From Candidatus Thorarchaeota archaeon (GTDB taxonomy: Archaea; Asgardarchaeota; Thorarchaeia; Thorarchaeales; Thorarchaeaceae), in contig JBHLQH010000013.1 in assembly GCA_048884965.1 (NCBI GenBank), positions 27,429 to 91,428 of the forward strand: DNA of 64,000 bases, given 5' to 3'. This document shows, piece after piece, positions 48,449 to 58,128 of the stretch; within the stretch, counting starts at the first letter, position 1, and each line of letters opens with the position of its first letter. Under the pieces are notes generated by a model. It was not told where the DNA came from. It saw only the letters and a list, made by a program, of their open reading frames with translations, and made no database searches. The position numbers were made by a program, and so were the translations under genes.

Positions 48449-49741
48449 TTGGTTAAGGAAATCATAATACTTCGTGAAACAGGCATTCCACTATACCACT
48501 ACAGTGTGAGTGGTGAAAAGAAACTTGATGAGCTGGTAGCAGGTTTCCTATCCGCACTTGGAGGTTTTGTTGAGCAGGTTAGTGAGGAACAAATCAAAGT
48601 AATGGCATTTGCGACGAACAAGTTTGTATGGGAAAAGAAAGGAGATCTGTTCTTCATCGCCTTAGTATTGAAGGAAGATAGCGCTGAGATCTACAGGGCT
48701 ATCCTACAAACTCTTTCAGACCAATTCGTTAGCAAATATTACACAATATTGCGGAATGAAATAGTCAATCCGCGTCAATTCTTGGAGTTCACGGATACAG
48801 TTGAGCTTATACTACAGAAATTCGATGGTATTCCAGGCCTAGCAAGAAGATACAAAACAGGACTTCTGCCACTTCATCATTTGCGATCCTTGAAGGTCGC
48901 ATTGGCAGAGATTGAGTCACATGATGAGATTTTACGAGGTGCAGTAGTCACATATGATGGATTTATTGTCGCTTCTAATCTGCGAGCATATGAAATGGAA
49001 GCGTTGCTTGATAGATTAAGAAACTCTGAATTCGCAAAGGAAATCTCAGAACCCCGATTGGTTGTACACACCTCTTTGGAACCTGTAACATCATTCTATA
49101 TTCACCCATTGAATCAGAAATGTGTCTGCGCTTTTGTTGTTAGAGCTGGTAAAGGAAATGAGGAATACGCAGCAATGGTCGACCCATTCCTAAAGCTCGT
49201 AAAAGCTACTGATTTCAGTGAAATGAAGAAACTGCATCCAAAGCAACAGGATGATTACACAGGTTTCTATGAACATGATGTTTTGGTTCCGGTAGTACCA
49301 TTGACAACAATCCTAGATAATGCAAAAGATGTCTTCGCATCCATGACACCAGAGTCGCAAACCGCCGCGATAAATATTCTAAGAGCGATAGATGGAAACC
49401 AAACGATTCTTGAGATCCAAGAGAAGACGAATTGTTCAAAGGAAATCATAACCGAATCTGTAGCTGCGCTGATAACCAAGGGTTTCGTGCATGTTACAAA
49501 GCTCTTTCCCATCATGGGAGAGCGAGACAGTAGATTTTCCGCTTATTTGGAGGTCATAGGAATCCCTAAGAAGGCATACGACATTGTTGATGCGGTCTGG
49601 AAGTACTGTACAGGTGGCTTTTCCATAAGAGAAATATCTGAGAAAAGTGAAATACAGGCTACTAGAATCATGGAAGTTCTGCGTACTTTAGGTAACTATG
49701 TCACATGGCAGCACGAGAGGAGAATGGAACATGACAGGTAA
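48449..49741 (+). CDS. Longin plus roadblock-like plus tandem wHTH protein (paralogue of the upstream gene)
   Basis: TGIPLYH..LVAGFLSALGGF; ILRGAVVTYDGFIVASNL (roadblock-like); ILRAIDGNQTI and CTGGFSIREISEKS. Confidence 0.7.
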   Translation: MVKEIIILRETGIPLYHYSVSGEKKLDELVAGFLSALGGFVEQVSEEQIKVMAFATNKFVWEKKGDLFFIALVLKEDSAEIYRAILQTLSDQFVSKYYTILRNEIVNPRQFLEFTDTVELILQKFDGIPGLARRYKTGLLPLHHLRSLKVALAEIESHDEILRGAVVTYDGFIVASNLRAYEMEALLDRLRNSEFAKEISEPRLVVHTSLEPVTSFYIHPLNQKCVCAFVVRAGKGNEEYAAMVDPFLKLVKATDFSEMKKLHPKQQDDYTGFYEHDVLVPVVPLTTILDNAKDVFASMTPESQTAAINILRAIDGNQTILEIQEKTNCSKEIITESVAALITKGFVHVTKLFPIMGERDSRFSAYLEVIGIPKKAYDIVDAVWKYCTGGFSIREISEKSEIQATRIMEVLRTLGNYVTWQHERRMEHDR

Positions 49742-50483
49742 AATAGTAAGCATACATTCCTTTCGAGGAGGAACCGGTAAATCAAACATAGCTGCCAACC
49801 TCTCAGCAGTGGCAGCTCTCGAAGGAAAACGAGTTGCAGTGATGGATACTGACATGGCATCTCCAGGTATTCATGTCATCTTCGGACAAGGTCGTAAGAA
49901 GATGAAGTACACACTTAATGACTATCTTAGAGGTGAGTGTGACATAGGTCAGACTTGCATGGACATGACAAGTGAATTAGGGATAAAGAATGGGAAGCTC
50001 TTCCTGATACCAAGCTCCATGACAGCTACTGATATCACAAGGATCCTTAGAGAGGGATATGAAGTAAGTGACCTAAGGAATGGATTCACAGAAGTACTGA
50101 AGCAAAAAGACTTGGATTACCTAATCATTGATACACATCCAGGTCTAGATCGAGAGACCCTCCTCTCCATGGCTACAGCAGATTATCTCTTCGTAGTAGC
50201 AAGAATTGATGAGCAGGATCTCTTGGGGACTGCCGCTACATTAAGTGTAGCTAGAAAACTTCAGGTACCGGATATTCGAATTGTGATAAATAAGAAGCCA
50301 TCAATCTATGAGGATAAGGCAATCATCAAGGAAGTGGAAGCTAAATTCAAGGCGCGAGTCGCAACGATCATCCCGCTGCTTCCAATTCTGATCGAAGCAG
50401 GTAGTAGGTATATCGTTTCTCTAAGACATCCAGACAATGAATTCACGAAATGCATGTATGACTTGTACAAGGTACTGATCTGA
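49731..50483 (+). CDS. MinD/ParA-family ATPase
   Basis: IVSIHSFRGGTGKS, MDTDMASPG and IIDTHPG motifs; ATG 49731 overlaps the end of the upstream gene. Confidence 0.9.
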   Translation: MTGKIVSIHSFRGGTGKSNIAANLSAVAALEGKRVAVMDTDMASPGIHVIFGQGRKKMKYTLNDYLRGECDIGQTCMDMTSELGIKNGKLFLIPSSMTATDITRILREGYEVSDLRNGFTEVLKQKDLDYLIIDTHPGLDRETLLSMATADYLFVVARIDEQDLLGTAATLSVARKLQVPDIRIVINKKPSIYEDKAIIKEVEAKFKARVATIIPLLPILIEAGSRYIVSLRHPDNEFTKCMYDLYKVLI

Positions 50484-50486
50484 TTC

Positions 50487-50615
50487 TCAGATATTATATG
50501 AGGATAGATTAGCCAATCCTATCGATATAATTAGCAATATGAATGAGATAAAGAGAATAAGGATAAGAAGAAATCCACTTCCCTCTTCAGGCTTTGCATA
50601 ATAGGCTTCGTTCAT
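50487..50615 (-). CDS. Possible 42-aa single-TM protein
   Basis: ATG 50615, MNEAYYAKPEEGSG followed by a 22-aa hydrophobic run; fills an otherwise empty gap. Confidence 0.3.
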   Translation of the reverse strand: MNEAYYAKPEEGSGFLLILILFISFILLIISIGLANLSSYNI

Positions 50616-50723
50616 TTCCTTCAAGTAACTATAGACACGAAACGTAATATGACCTTTCATTAGAGGAATATACCACAATGTTTCTATCTGAAATCCAGTA
50701 GGAAATTGAGAGAGGCTTAGAGA

Positions 50724-51170
50724 ATGTCCATTGAAGTTCGAATTGCAAATGCTAGAGATAGACAAGCACTCAAGGAATTCTACTCACGAGAAGGTATGGA
50801 TTTCCAGAATCTTACTAGTAGGATCACTCCATCGGCAGGCGGGATTGCCACCGAAACCATGTTCATCATTGCACTAGCAAACGAAATGGTTGTCGCAGCT
50901 ATGCGATTGGACATTGGACAAGACCCCTCACTTGGAAAGGTAGGGTTCATTCAGCACTTTGAAATAGAAGACGAACTTGAAGAATCGGACCTGGGCAAGC
51001 AGATGCTAGATCGTGCACTCGAGATTGGTAGGAATAGAAATCTCAGATGCTTGGAGGCGTTGGTCCATGAGAAACGAAAGGAAGTAATCAAGCTCTATGT
51101 AGATTCAGATTTCCGTGAGGAACATAAAGAAATTCTCATGAGAAAGGACCTCAAGACTAGAATATTCTAA
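50724..51170 (+). CDS. GNAT-fold protein
   Basis: IEVRIA..D, DLGKQMLDRAL and VIKLY..F motifs; the acetyl-CoA loop is acidic and atypical. Confidence 0.75.
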   Translation: MSIEVRIANARDRQALKEFYSREGMDFQNLTSRITPSAGGIATETMFIIALANEMVVAAMRLDIGQDPSLGKVGFIQHFEIEDELEESDLGKQMLDRALEIGRNRNLRCLEALVHEKRKEVIKLYVDSDFREEHKEILMRKDLKTRIF

Positions 51171-52979
51171 TCACAGATTCAAGAGACCTAGAGATTCCAT
51201 TGTTTCATCTGTAGGTACTCCTTTTGAATCCCATCCCATCAAATCATAGTACCTGGAAATCGATGCCTCAAAATCTTCATTACTGATGAAAGAACGCATT
51301 CCTTCTCTAGGACCGTGTGATTGAGGTTCCCAAAATCGAGGAGGTAGAATATCGTCGTTTCGTGTTATCCCTTCCCGAACGTTGAATAAACGAATGAGAG
51401 TCTCAATTCGCATCGCAGTTTCATCAAGGTCTCTTAGAGAATAGTTCATTCCAGTAGCTCCATTGAGCATTCGTCGCATCTGATCCATCGTTATTGGAAT
51501 GCGATTAGTAAAGTGACAGATAACTAAACAATCTTTGATAATCTTCTCAATCCGTCCGGGTAGTAGCTTCTCAACGAACTCTATAGCTGATGAATCAGGA
51601 GCATTAGATGTTGGAGGCCATCCCCTGAGATGGCTAGCACCAATGTCTCCTGTTGCATACAATATACCTTGGCCCATACGCCCTCGAGGATCCCAAGCAG
51701 GAACTTCCATTCCTTTCACATGCACGGCAAATGACTCGGCTCCATGGCCAAACTTTGATGCAGCGAACCGAACTCCCTCTGCAAGAACATCTCCAATTCC
51801 AGTTCGTGATGATATCATTTGCAGCAATTTCGCGGCACATATGAAATCTCCAAAGCGAAGATGAAACCCTACTTCCTTCTGCGATAGAATTCCTTTTTCG
51901 AATGCCTCTATTGCAAATCCAATAACAGAGCCACTGCTAATTGTATCTAACCCCAGATCGTCGCATAGATAATTCAATTGAAGAACTTCCATAGGATTGG
52001 ATATGGCTAGATTTCCTCCGAGTAGGCCTATGCTTTCATACTCTACGGTTGATTCTACTTCTTTGGTAAGGTCTCTTGGATCAGCTGTACGAAATGCATG
52101 AGTACATCGCATTACGCAATGAGGACAGGAGTTATTATTGCCTAGTCCATACTCTTCCATCCTAAGATGGGACAAATCCTCGTATTGATCAAAGAAACCA
52201 TTCTGCCAATTCCTTGTTGGAAATTGGCCATAGACATTTGCGATTTCAACAAGATGTCGAGTACCGTATTTCTTGAAGTCAATATCAAGTGACCTCCATT
52301 GCTGGGTAAATTCCTTGTTCACTGCTTTGATTGCTTGTACATCACTGGATGCAATCTCCTTTGTGCCGCGAACCAAGATGGATTTGATATTCTTCGAGCC
52401 GAGAACTGCACCAGCTCCACCTCTGCCTGTCTGGTGAGCGATCTCACACGAGGCAGTAGCGAAAAGGACCTTCTGTTCCCCAGCAGGCCCAATGGTGTAT
52501 ACTGAGAAATCATCACCATATCTATCATGGAGCAAATGAGTTACTTCGTAGATGCCTTTGCCCCAATATGATGTCGCATCATTGATCACAGTCGAATCAT
52601 CATCGATGGTGATAACAACCGGAGAACTCGCCCTGCCTGTGATACAGACTGCATCATAGCCAGCCTTCTTTATCTCTCGGCCAGTTGGACCACCGCAATG
52701 CGAATCCAAGAAAATCCCTGTCAGGGGAGACTTCGTCACGATACTCCATCGTCCAACGTTCGGAGCTGGCAGTCCTTGAAGAGGTCCGCTGAGTAGAATA
52801 AAGATATTGTCTGGATCTAATGGGGCTATACCTTTCTCAAGGTTCTTGTAGAGTAAGTAGGCACCGAGTCCTTTTCCACCAAGAAACCTTTCAAGAATAT
52901 CAGCTTCAAGTTTTTCCTCACGAATGATTCTCGACCCCAAATCAATCCAAAGGATTTTTCGATTCCATCCGTGCTCCAT
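51171..52979 (-). CDS. aor: Aldehyde:ferredoxin oxidoreductase
   Basis: LGGKGLG, KSPLTG..DSHCGG, IGPAGE, GRGGAGAVLGSK, CPHCVMRC, EYES, DDLGLDTIS and VKGMEVPAWDPRG motifs; start taken at ATG 52979. Confidence 0.92.
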   Translation of the reverse strand: MEHGWNRKILWIDLGSRIIREEKLEADILERFLGGKGLGAYLLYKNLEKGIAPLDPDNIFILLSGPLQGLPAPNVGRWSIVTKSPLTGIFLDSHCGGPTGREIKKAGYDAVCITGRASSPVVITIDDDSTVINDATSYWGKGIYEVTHLLHDRYGDDFSVYTIGPAGEQKVLFATASCEIAHQTGRGGAGAVLGSKNIKSILVRGTKEIASSDVQAIKAVNKEFTQQWRSLDIDFKKYGTRHLVEIANVYGQFPTRNWQNGFFDQYEDLSHLRMEEYGLGNNNSCPHCVMRCTHAFRTADPRDLTKEVESTVEYESIGLLGGNLAISNPMEVLQLNYLCDDLGLDTISSGSVIGFAIEAFEKGILSQKEVGFHLRFGDFICAAKLLQMISSRTGIGDVLAEGVRFAASKFGHGAESFAVHVKGMEVPAWDPRGRMGQGILYATGDIGASHLRGWPPTSNAPDSSAIEFVEKLLPGRIEKIIKDCLVICHFTNRIPITMDQMRRMLNGATGMNYSLRDLDETAMRIETLIRLFNVREGITRNDDILPPRFWEPQSHGPREGMRSFISNEDFEASISRYYDLMGWDSKGVPTDETMESLGLLNL

Positions 52980-53006
52980 CACAATATTGCACCTCTGAAA
53001 CACATA

Positions 53007-53156
53007 TCACGAAATCTCAAGCCTTCTGATCTTTGTGATATCGACTCCATGTAGATTGCTAAGAATCGCCATGGCGACATCATGTATCAGATCGCTAACA
53101 AACTCATTCATAGGAATCTTCGTTCCATGAACATATAACTCAAAATCCGCAGTCAT
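53007..53156 (-). CDS. 49-aa protein resembling the stand-alone C-terminal domain of archaeal MobB (MTADFELYVHGTKIPMNEFVSDLIHDVAMAILSNLHGVDITKIRRLEIS)
   Basis: AGGTG SD; pattern L.V.G..IP.N.FV..II....L..L.G; co-oriented directly upstream of aor; below the ORF-track length cutoff. Confidence 0.65.
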   Translation of the reverse strand: MTADFELYVHGTKIPMNEFVSDLIHDVAMAILSNLHGVDITKIRRLEIS

Positions 53157-53340
53157 TTTGGACACCTAACCCTCAAGATATGATTTGGACCTTATACGAT
53201 TGTTGGTTGTTAGAATCGAAAGCTACTTAGTTAGGTTCTACAAACACCAAAGAATAGAGAGCGCACTCCGATACGGATATATACCCTGTCGAATCGTAGG
53301 CTGGCTCGATGATGACCATCAAAACGTGAGGAACTTAGTC

Positions 53341-55257
53341 ATGACACAAGATTTCTCGGTAGCAGGAGTTATCTCCCAGAAAAAACGGGACGGTTCCCGA
53401 TATGATCCAGTCGGGAAGCTGGCCGGATTGGGAGGATTTCTTGGTATCTTAGCAGGTATTTACGGATTATTATTCAATAGTACTGAAACAATGTTCCAAC
53501 TATATGGAGAAACACCATCAAGTGGGATTATCATGCTCCTACTTGGTGCAGGTCTATTGCTCCAATCGATTGGAGGAAAGGAACTAAGAATTAAACTCGG
53601 GTCTGGATATTCCCAAGTGGGCTTGTTAGGCGCGTTGATCGGATTGGTCTATTTCCCATTCCTTATCGTTTCGTCTGGATGGACTATTGCTCAGTATGAA
53701 ACCTTAGTTACATTGAGCGCATTTTTGACCGCCTTCTTCATTATCATGTGGCAAATGTATGCCGTAGTGTTCACCGATTCTACAAATGGATGGATTGGTG
53801 TTCTTACAAGCATCATGAATGGATTCTTCTTCCCAGTGTTGGCAATTGGTACAGTTTATGGTGAGCTACTGATTATGCTGGCATTTGTCATGCTAATACT
53901 TGGTCAATTGCTAGTTCTCTTCTATTGGTGGAGCCCCTTGGATTCGATTCGAGAATATGCACGAAGTCCTGATAAGGCGAAGTTTTCATTTGGACTATCC
54001 GGATTGCTAGCTTTCATGGTTGGCGGTGTTGCTGTTTTTGCAAACGCCTTAGTGACTCCTTATGGTGAACTATGGTACCCATTCAGTGCACCTTTCAGTT
54101 GGAACTACACTCTAGCCTTTGGATTCATCTCAGCACTCTTGTTCTGGGTATTGCAGGGACCAAGGCTTGGTAAGAAAGAGCTGAAAGCAGCAGAAATCAG
54201 TGACGATCTGATACATGGTGGAAGCAAGTACTTCCCAGCATTCCTATCAGCTGTTGGAATCGTTGGAGCCATTCAGGCAGCCACATTCCTACCAGGTGCT
54301 ATTGAATCTTGGTCACTGTTGATTGTGTGGGCAGCTTCTGGCACAATGTTTTTGGTTGGTGCCATATACATGGGAAGAACAGATGTCATCACCGGCTTGC
54401 CAATAGTTATCTCAGCCATTATGATGTCTATTCATCCTGCCGCAATCACACCCTTCGTTGTTATTCCATTCATCTTGGTAATAATCTCACAAGCATTTTT
54501 GATGTTCGAAACGAAGGTTCGAGGATTCACCTACTACTCTCAGCCGGTATTATCAGTGATTGTCACTATAGTATTTTCATTGGTATTCCTGGCTTTCATG
54601 TTGGGTGCCTTTGGTAGTGGTCCCGCAGCGATTTGGCCAACGAATAGATGGTTCAATGTAGCTTTATTCGCACCTGAATATTCGATGGCGGTACAGGCAG
54701 CAACTGTTCTTACACTTCCAATTGCGGCTCTGATGATAAGGAATGTCGCTGTGGTAGGCTTCGGTCAAAAACAGACTGGAGAGGCCAAGGATGTAATCAG
54801 TGGATTGACCATGCTCTTCGTGTTTCTTGTTCCAATTGTCGCTGCTGCTTTCAAAGGAGTAGCTCATCAGGCACTCACTGCGGCTGCGATAATGCTAGCG
54901 CTCTATATGATCAGCTTTGTGCTAGTGCTTTCGCTGAACCTTACTCTTGCTGGTGAAGTTGAGGATACTGGCAATCCATTGGAAGGCATGCTACTCAGAA
55001 TGACGGCGATGTTTTCTCTTGTCTTCGGAGCTATCATTGCTATCGTTGTTCTTGGTACATTCTCAAGCACTTCAGTAACAGCTCTGGAAACTGCTGCCGT
55101 AATCACCTGGCTTGTCATCCTAATCTCTGGGCTTGAGGTTCTTCTCACCTTGGGATGGATCATTGCTGGCGTGCGTCTGGGCATGTTCAAAGCAGGATTC
55201 AAGTTCAGAAGAGCTGAAGATGCAATAGCTCAAGTAGAGTACACACCAGTACAATAG
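53341..55257 (+). CDS. Uncharacterised polytopic membrane protein (roughly 17-19 TMs)
   Basis: Continuous hydrophobic segments; start taken at ATG 53341 after GTGAGG. Confidence 0.75.
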   Translation: MTQDFSVAGVISQKKRDGSRYDPVGKLAGLGGFLGILAGIYGLLFNSTETMFQLYGETPSSGIIMLLLGAGLLLQSIGGKELRIKLGSGYSQVGLLGALIGLVYFPFLIVSSGWTIAQYETLVTLSAFLTAFFIIMWQMYAVVFTDSTNGWIGVLTSIMNGFFFPVLAIGTVYGELLIMLAFVMLILGQLLVLFYWWSPLDSIREYARSPDKAKFSFGLSGLLAFMVGGVAVFANALVTPYGELWYPFSAPFSWNYTLAFGFISALLFWVLQGPRLGKKELKAAEISDDLIHGGSKYFPAFLSAVGIVGAIQAATFLPGAIESWSLLIVWAASGTMFLVGAIYMGRTDVITGLPIVISAIMMSIHPAAITPFVVIPFILVIISQAFLMFETKVRGFTYYSQPVLSVIVTIVFSLVFLAFMLGAFGSGPAAIWPTNRWFNVALFAPEYSMAVQAATVLTLPIAALMIRNVAVVGFGQKQTGEAKDVISGLTMLFVFLVPIVAAAFKGVAHQALTAAAIMLALYMISFVLVLSLNLTLAGEVEDTGNPLEGMLLRMTAMFSLVFGAIIAIVVLGTFSSTSVTALETAAVITWLVILISGLEVLLTLGWIIAGVRLGMFKAGFKFRRAEDAIAQVEYTPVQ

Positions 55258-55278
55258 AACTCACGAGGTCATCTTACA

Positions 55279-56040
55279 TTGACTCCGCAGGTGAATGGAA
55301 TTGTCCGGAAACCTGCTGGAGCCAATGTTTCATTTCTTTTGATTCATGGTTTCTGTGCAGATGTTGACGAGCTAGCAAGTTTAGGGGAAGAGCTAGAAAG
55401 GAAGGGAATTGCTTCTCTTGCTATGCAGATTGCAGGGCACGGAACGAGTCCTGAAGATCTTGCTTCTTCAACTTGGAATGATTGGTACTCATCTGTTGTC
55501 AACGCACTAAATGAAGTAAAATCGTGGAAGACAAAACATGTCTTCGTTGCAGGACTATCTATGGGTGCTGCATTGACCCTCTATCTCACCACAAAAGAAT
55601 CGGGAATTGATGGTATCGTGATACTATCTCCTGCAATCAAGATTGGGGGTTTTGCCGGTAGGATGATCCCTATTCTGAAACATCTAATAAAATACCGATC
55701 CATCGATCTTTCATACATACCAAAGATGTATGACCTACCGCGAACCAGATATGATAGAGAACCTCTCTCTGCTATCCATGAGCTGCTTCGACTATCGAAA
55801 GAGGTGCGTAAAGCGCTTCCGGAGGTCAGCATACCAACTCTAGTCATCAAGGCCGGAGCAGACAAGACAGTGAATCCAGAGAATGCCAACTATGTATTCA
55901 ATAACATCTCTTCAAGTGATAAGACCTTGCAAGAAATTCAAGGTGCAGAACATGTTATAACATGCCATCCAACAAGGAAGGATGCGTATCCATATGTCTT
56001 CGAATTCATAGAACGAATCAGAAGCAACGAAACAAATTAG
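55279..56040 (+). CDS. Alpha/beta hydrolase (carboxylesterase/monoacylglycerol lipase type)
   Basis: LIHGF, GHG, GLSMG nucleophile, D.TV and catalytic His in AEHVI. Confidence 0.9.
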   Translation: MTPQVNGIVRKPAGANVSFLLIHGFCADVDELASLGEELERKGIASLAMQIAGHGTSPEDLASSTWNDWYSSVVNALNEVKSWKTKHVFVAGLSMGAALTLYLTTKESGIDGIVILSPAIKIGGFAGRMIPILKHLIKYRSIDLSYIPKMYDLPRTRYDREPLSAIHELLRLSKEVRKALPEVSIPTLVIKAGADKTVNPENANYVFNNISSSDKTLQEIQGAEHVITCHPTRKDAYPYVFEFIERIRSNETN

Positions 56041-56735
56041 ATTGCTAGACTTCTAATTACCTCAAAGCAAATATCAGGCACATCGGTTATGATGCCATCA
56101 ACTCCCATCTTGATCAACTCAACCATCGTTTCTTGAGTGTTCACTGTCCAGGGGTATACGTTCAATTTCTGTGCATGAGCTTCTTCAACTATGCTGGGTT
56201 CTACGGTAAGATAGAGAGGATTGATTGCATCTGCATCCAGACCCTTAGCATACTCGACTACATTCTCTATGGGTTGATTATAGAGAAGTCCAATTCTTGC
56301 TCTAGGCTCTATTTCTCGAATTATTGTCAAGAACCCGTGGAAGAACGAAGAGAAAATGATATCATCAAGCATCCCTTTCTCTTTGACGACATGCAGAAGT
56401 ACTTCTTCAACATCAGGCGACTTTATTTCGATATTGACCTGAGCCCTCCCCTTTGCCAACTCAAGGACCTCCTCAAGAAGGGGAGCGCTTGCTCCTCCAC
56501 CGATATTTATCTTCTTGATATCGGAATAAGTAAGATCAGAAAGCATTCGTTCATCATTCGCTAGACGAACGAAGTCATAGTCATGAAACACTACTAGACG
56601 TCCATCCGCACTCATTTGCACATCGAGTTCGAACATGTCCACACTCATAGCAATCGCAGCTTGGAAGCTTTGAAGAGTATTCTCAAGAGCGACTTTGGGA
56701 GCACCTCGATGGCCAATAACCAATGGTCGTTTCAT
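56037..56735 (-). CDS. Glycerophosphodiester phosphodiesterase
   Basis: IGHRGA..ENT, ELDV..SADG..VVFHD, NIEIK, WTVN and GVDGIITD motifs; AGGAGG SD before ATG 56735. Confidence 0.93.
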   Translation of the reverse strand: MKRPLVIGHRGAPKVALENTLQSFQAAIAMSVDMFELDVQMSADGRLVVFHDYDFVRLANDERMLSDLTYSDIKKINIGGGASAPLLEEVLELAKGRAQVNIEIKSPDVEEVLLHVVKEKGMLDDIIFSSFFHGFLTIIREIEPRARIGLLYNQPIENVVEYAKGLDADAINPLYLTVEPSIVEEAHAQKLNVYPWTVNTQETMVELIKMGVDGIITDVPDICFEVIRSLAI

Positions 56736-56760
56736 TGAGTGACCTCCTTTGAAATGCGTA

Positions 56761-57060
56761 TCATTCATCATCTATGTTGTCTATACCAGTGCCTCCGCAT
56801 CGGGGACAAGTCCCACCATCATCACTGGTACCGGTTCCTTTGCAATAGTAGCAACCTTCCTCTGGCTCATCGAGGGATTTGTCAAATCCCTTCAGGATGG
56901 CTCCACCTATGCCAATCATGATAACCCCAATAAACATCAGAATAAGTGATAGTAAGTAGAATTCAGGAATTTGAAGAACGAACAGGAACGAAAAGAGAAA
57001 CAACACTACACCTAGAAACGCAATCATTCCTGCATTTTGCTTTCGTTCCATACTAATCAC
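56761..57060 (-). CDS. Small two-TM protein with a DnaJ-type CxxCxGxG zinc finger
   Basis: Two TMs, then CYYCKGTG and CPRCGGTG. Confidence 0.75.
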   Translation of the reverse strand: MISMERKQNAGMIAFLGVVLFLFSFLFVLQIPEFYLLSLILMFIGVIMIGIGGAILKGFDKSLDEPEEGCYYCKGTGTSDDGGTCPRCGGTGIDNIDDE

Positions 57061-57132
57061 CTATTGCAAATAACAAAGGATGTTCGGAGTATCGTCGGAT
57101 TCCAAAGTCCCTAAATAGGTTATGGATAGCCA

Positions 57133-58128
57133 ATGAGCCCTGATTATGATTTTGTCTACACAAGAGATAATAGAACATGTAAGGTAGAATTCCACCTCAG
57201 GGTGTCCAATATGTCCAAAACCGACCTGTTCTCACGATATTCTCAACTCTACCAGAAAGAAACGATGCGAGAGATTGTTCCTGATGGAGTATTTGTAAGG
57301 CAGCTAGTAGATACACCATCACAGGAAATGGATGTTGGATTGTTCTTCAAACAGAAAGGAATCCGAGACTCTCGACAGATTTACTTCAGAAATCCTATCC
57401 CTACAGAAGTATCTAAGAAGGATGGTTTGCTTGAAACGGATGATAGGACATTCTTTAGCCACTATATATTAAATAAATTCAAGTCTTTGGATTATCTGAA
57501 ATTGGTGATGGGAGCAGACACCGTTCTTGATAGTAGAGAAGAAAGAATCAGATTTCTAAAGAGCTGCCAGAAAATCATTGACGTGATTCTCAGGAAGGCA
57601 AAGAATGTCATTCACTTTGGTGATTTCTCGCCATTCCTATTCTCCCAGAAGGTACGCACACTGGATTGGTTTCTCTCAAAAGATTTGAAGCTCGATGAAG
57701 TGTCAGCAGAAGCGGCAGCCATTCCTTTCAATGTGGCTGAACCAGAGTACATTCTCTTAACTGGACAAAACATCGTAGTTGTAAAAGACGAACCACAGAT
57801 TCCTCATGGAGTATTCTACTTGGTAGGGGGCATTGGGTATAGCTTTGATACCTCTGTTGGTGCAGTTAATGAGGAGAGAATGTTTAGAACCACGGTAGAT
57901 CTCTCACCAATGGGAATCGATGAGGCATACATTGAGAATAGCATCTCTCGAGTCACTGAGGACTTTCAGACTAATGTACATTCCCTGATTTTCAGTGATA
58001 TTTGGAAGAAAAGTCCAGCAAAGCCTGTAGGTGTAAACATTGGAAATGATCTTCTCATCAAGCCTGCCAAGGATAGTGAGATATGGACGGGGGTATTCGA
58101 AGTATATCTTAAAAGTCCTAAAGCATGA
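57133..58128 (+). CDS. Hypothetical soluble protein
   Basis: 331-aa ORF with natural composition; no recognised motif; start may be 57211. Confidence 0.65.
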   Translation: MSPDYDFVYTRDNRTCKVEFHLRVSNMSKTDLFSRYSQLYQKETMREIVPDGVFVRQLVDTPSQEMDVGLFFKQKGIRDSRQIYFRNPIPTEVSKKDGLLETDDRTFFSHYILNKFKSLDYLKLVMGADTVLDSREERIRFLKSCQKIIDVILRKAKNVIHFGDFSPFLFSQKVRTLDWFLSKDLKLDEVSAEAAAIPFNVAEPEYILLTGQNIVVVKDEPQIPHGVFYLVGGIGYSFDTSVGAVNEERMFRTTVDLSPMGIDEAYIENSISRVTEDFQTNVHSLIFSDIWKKSPAKPVGVNIGNDLLIKPAKDSEIWTGVFEVYLKSPKA

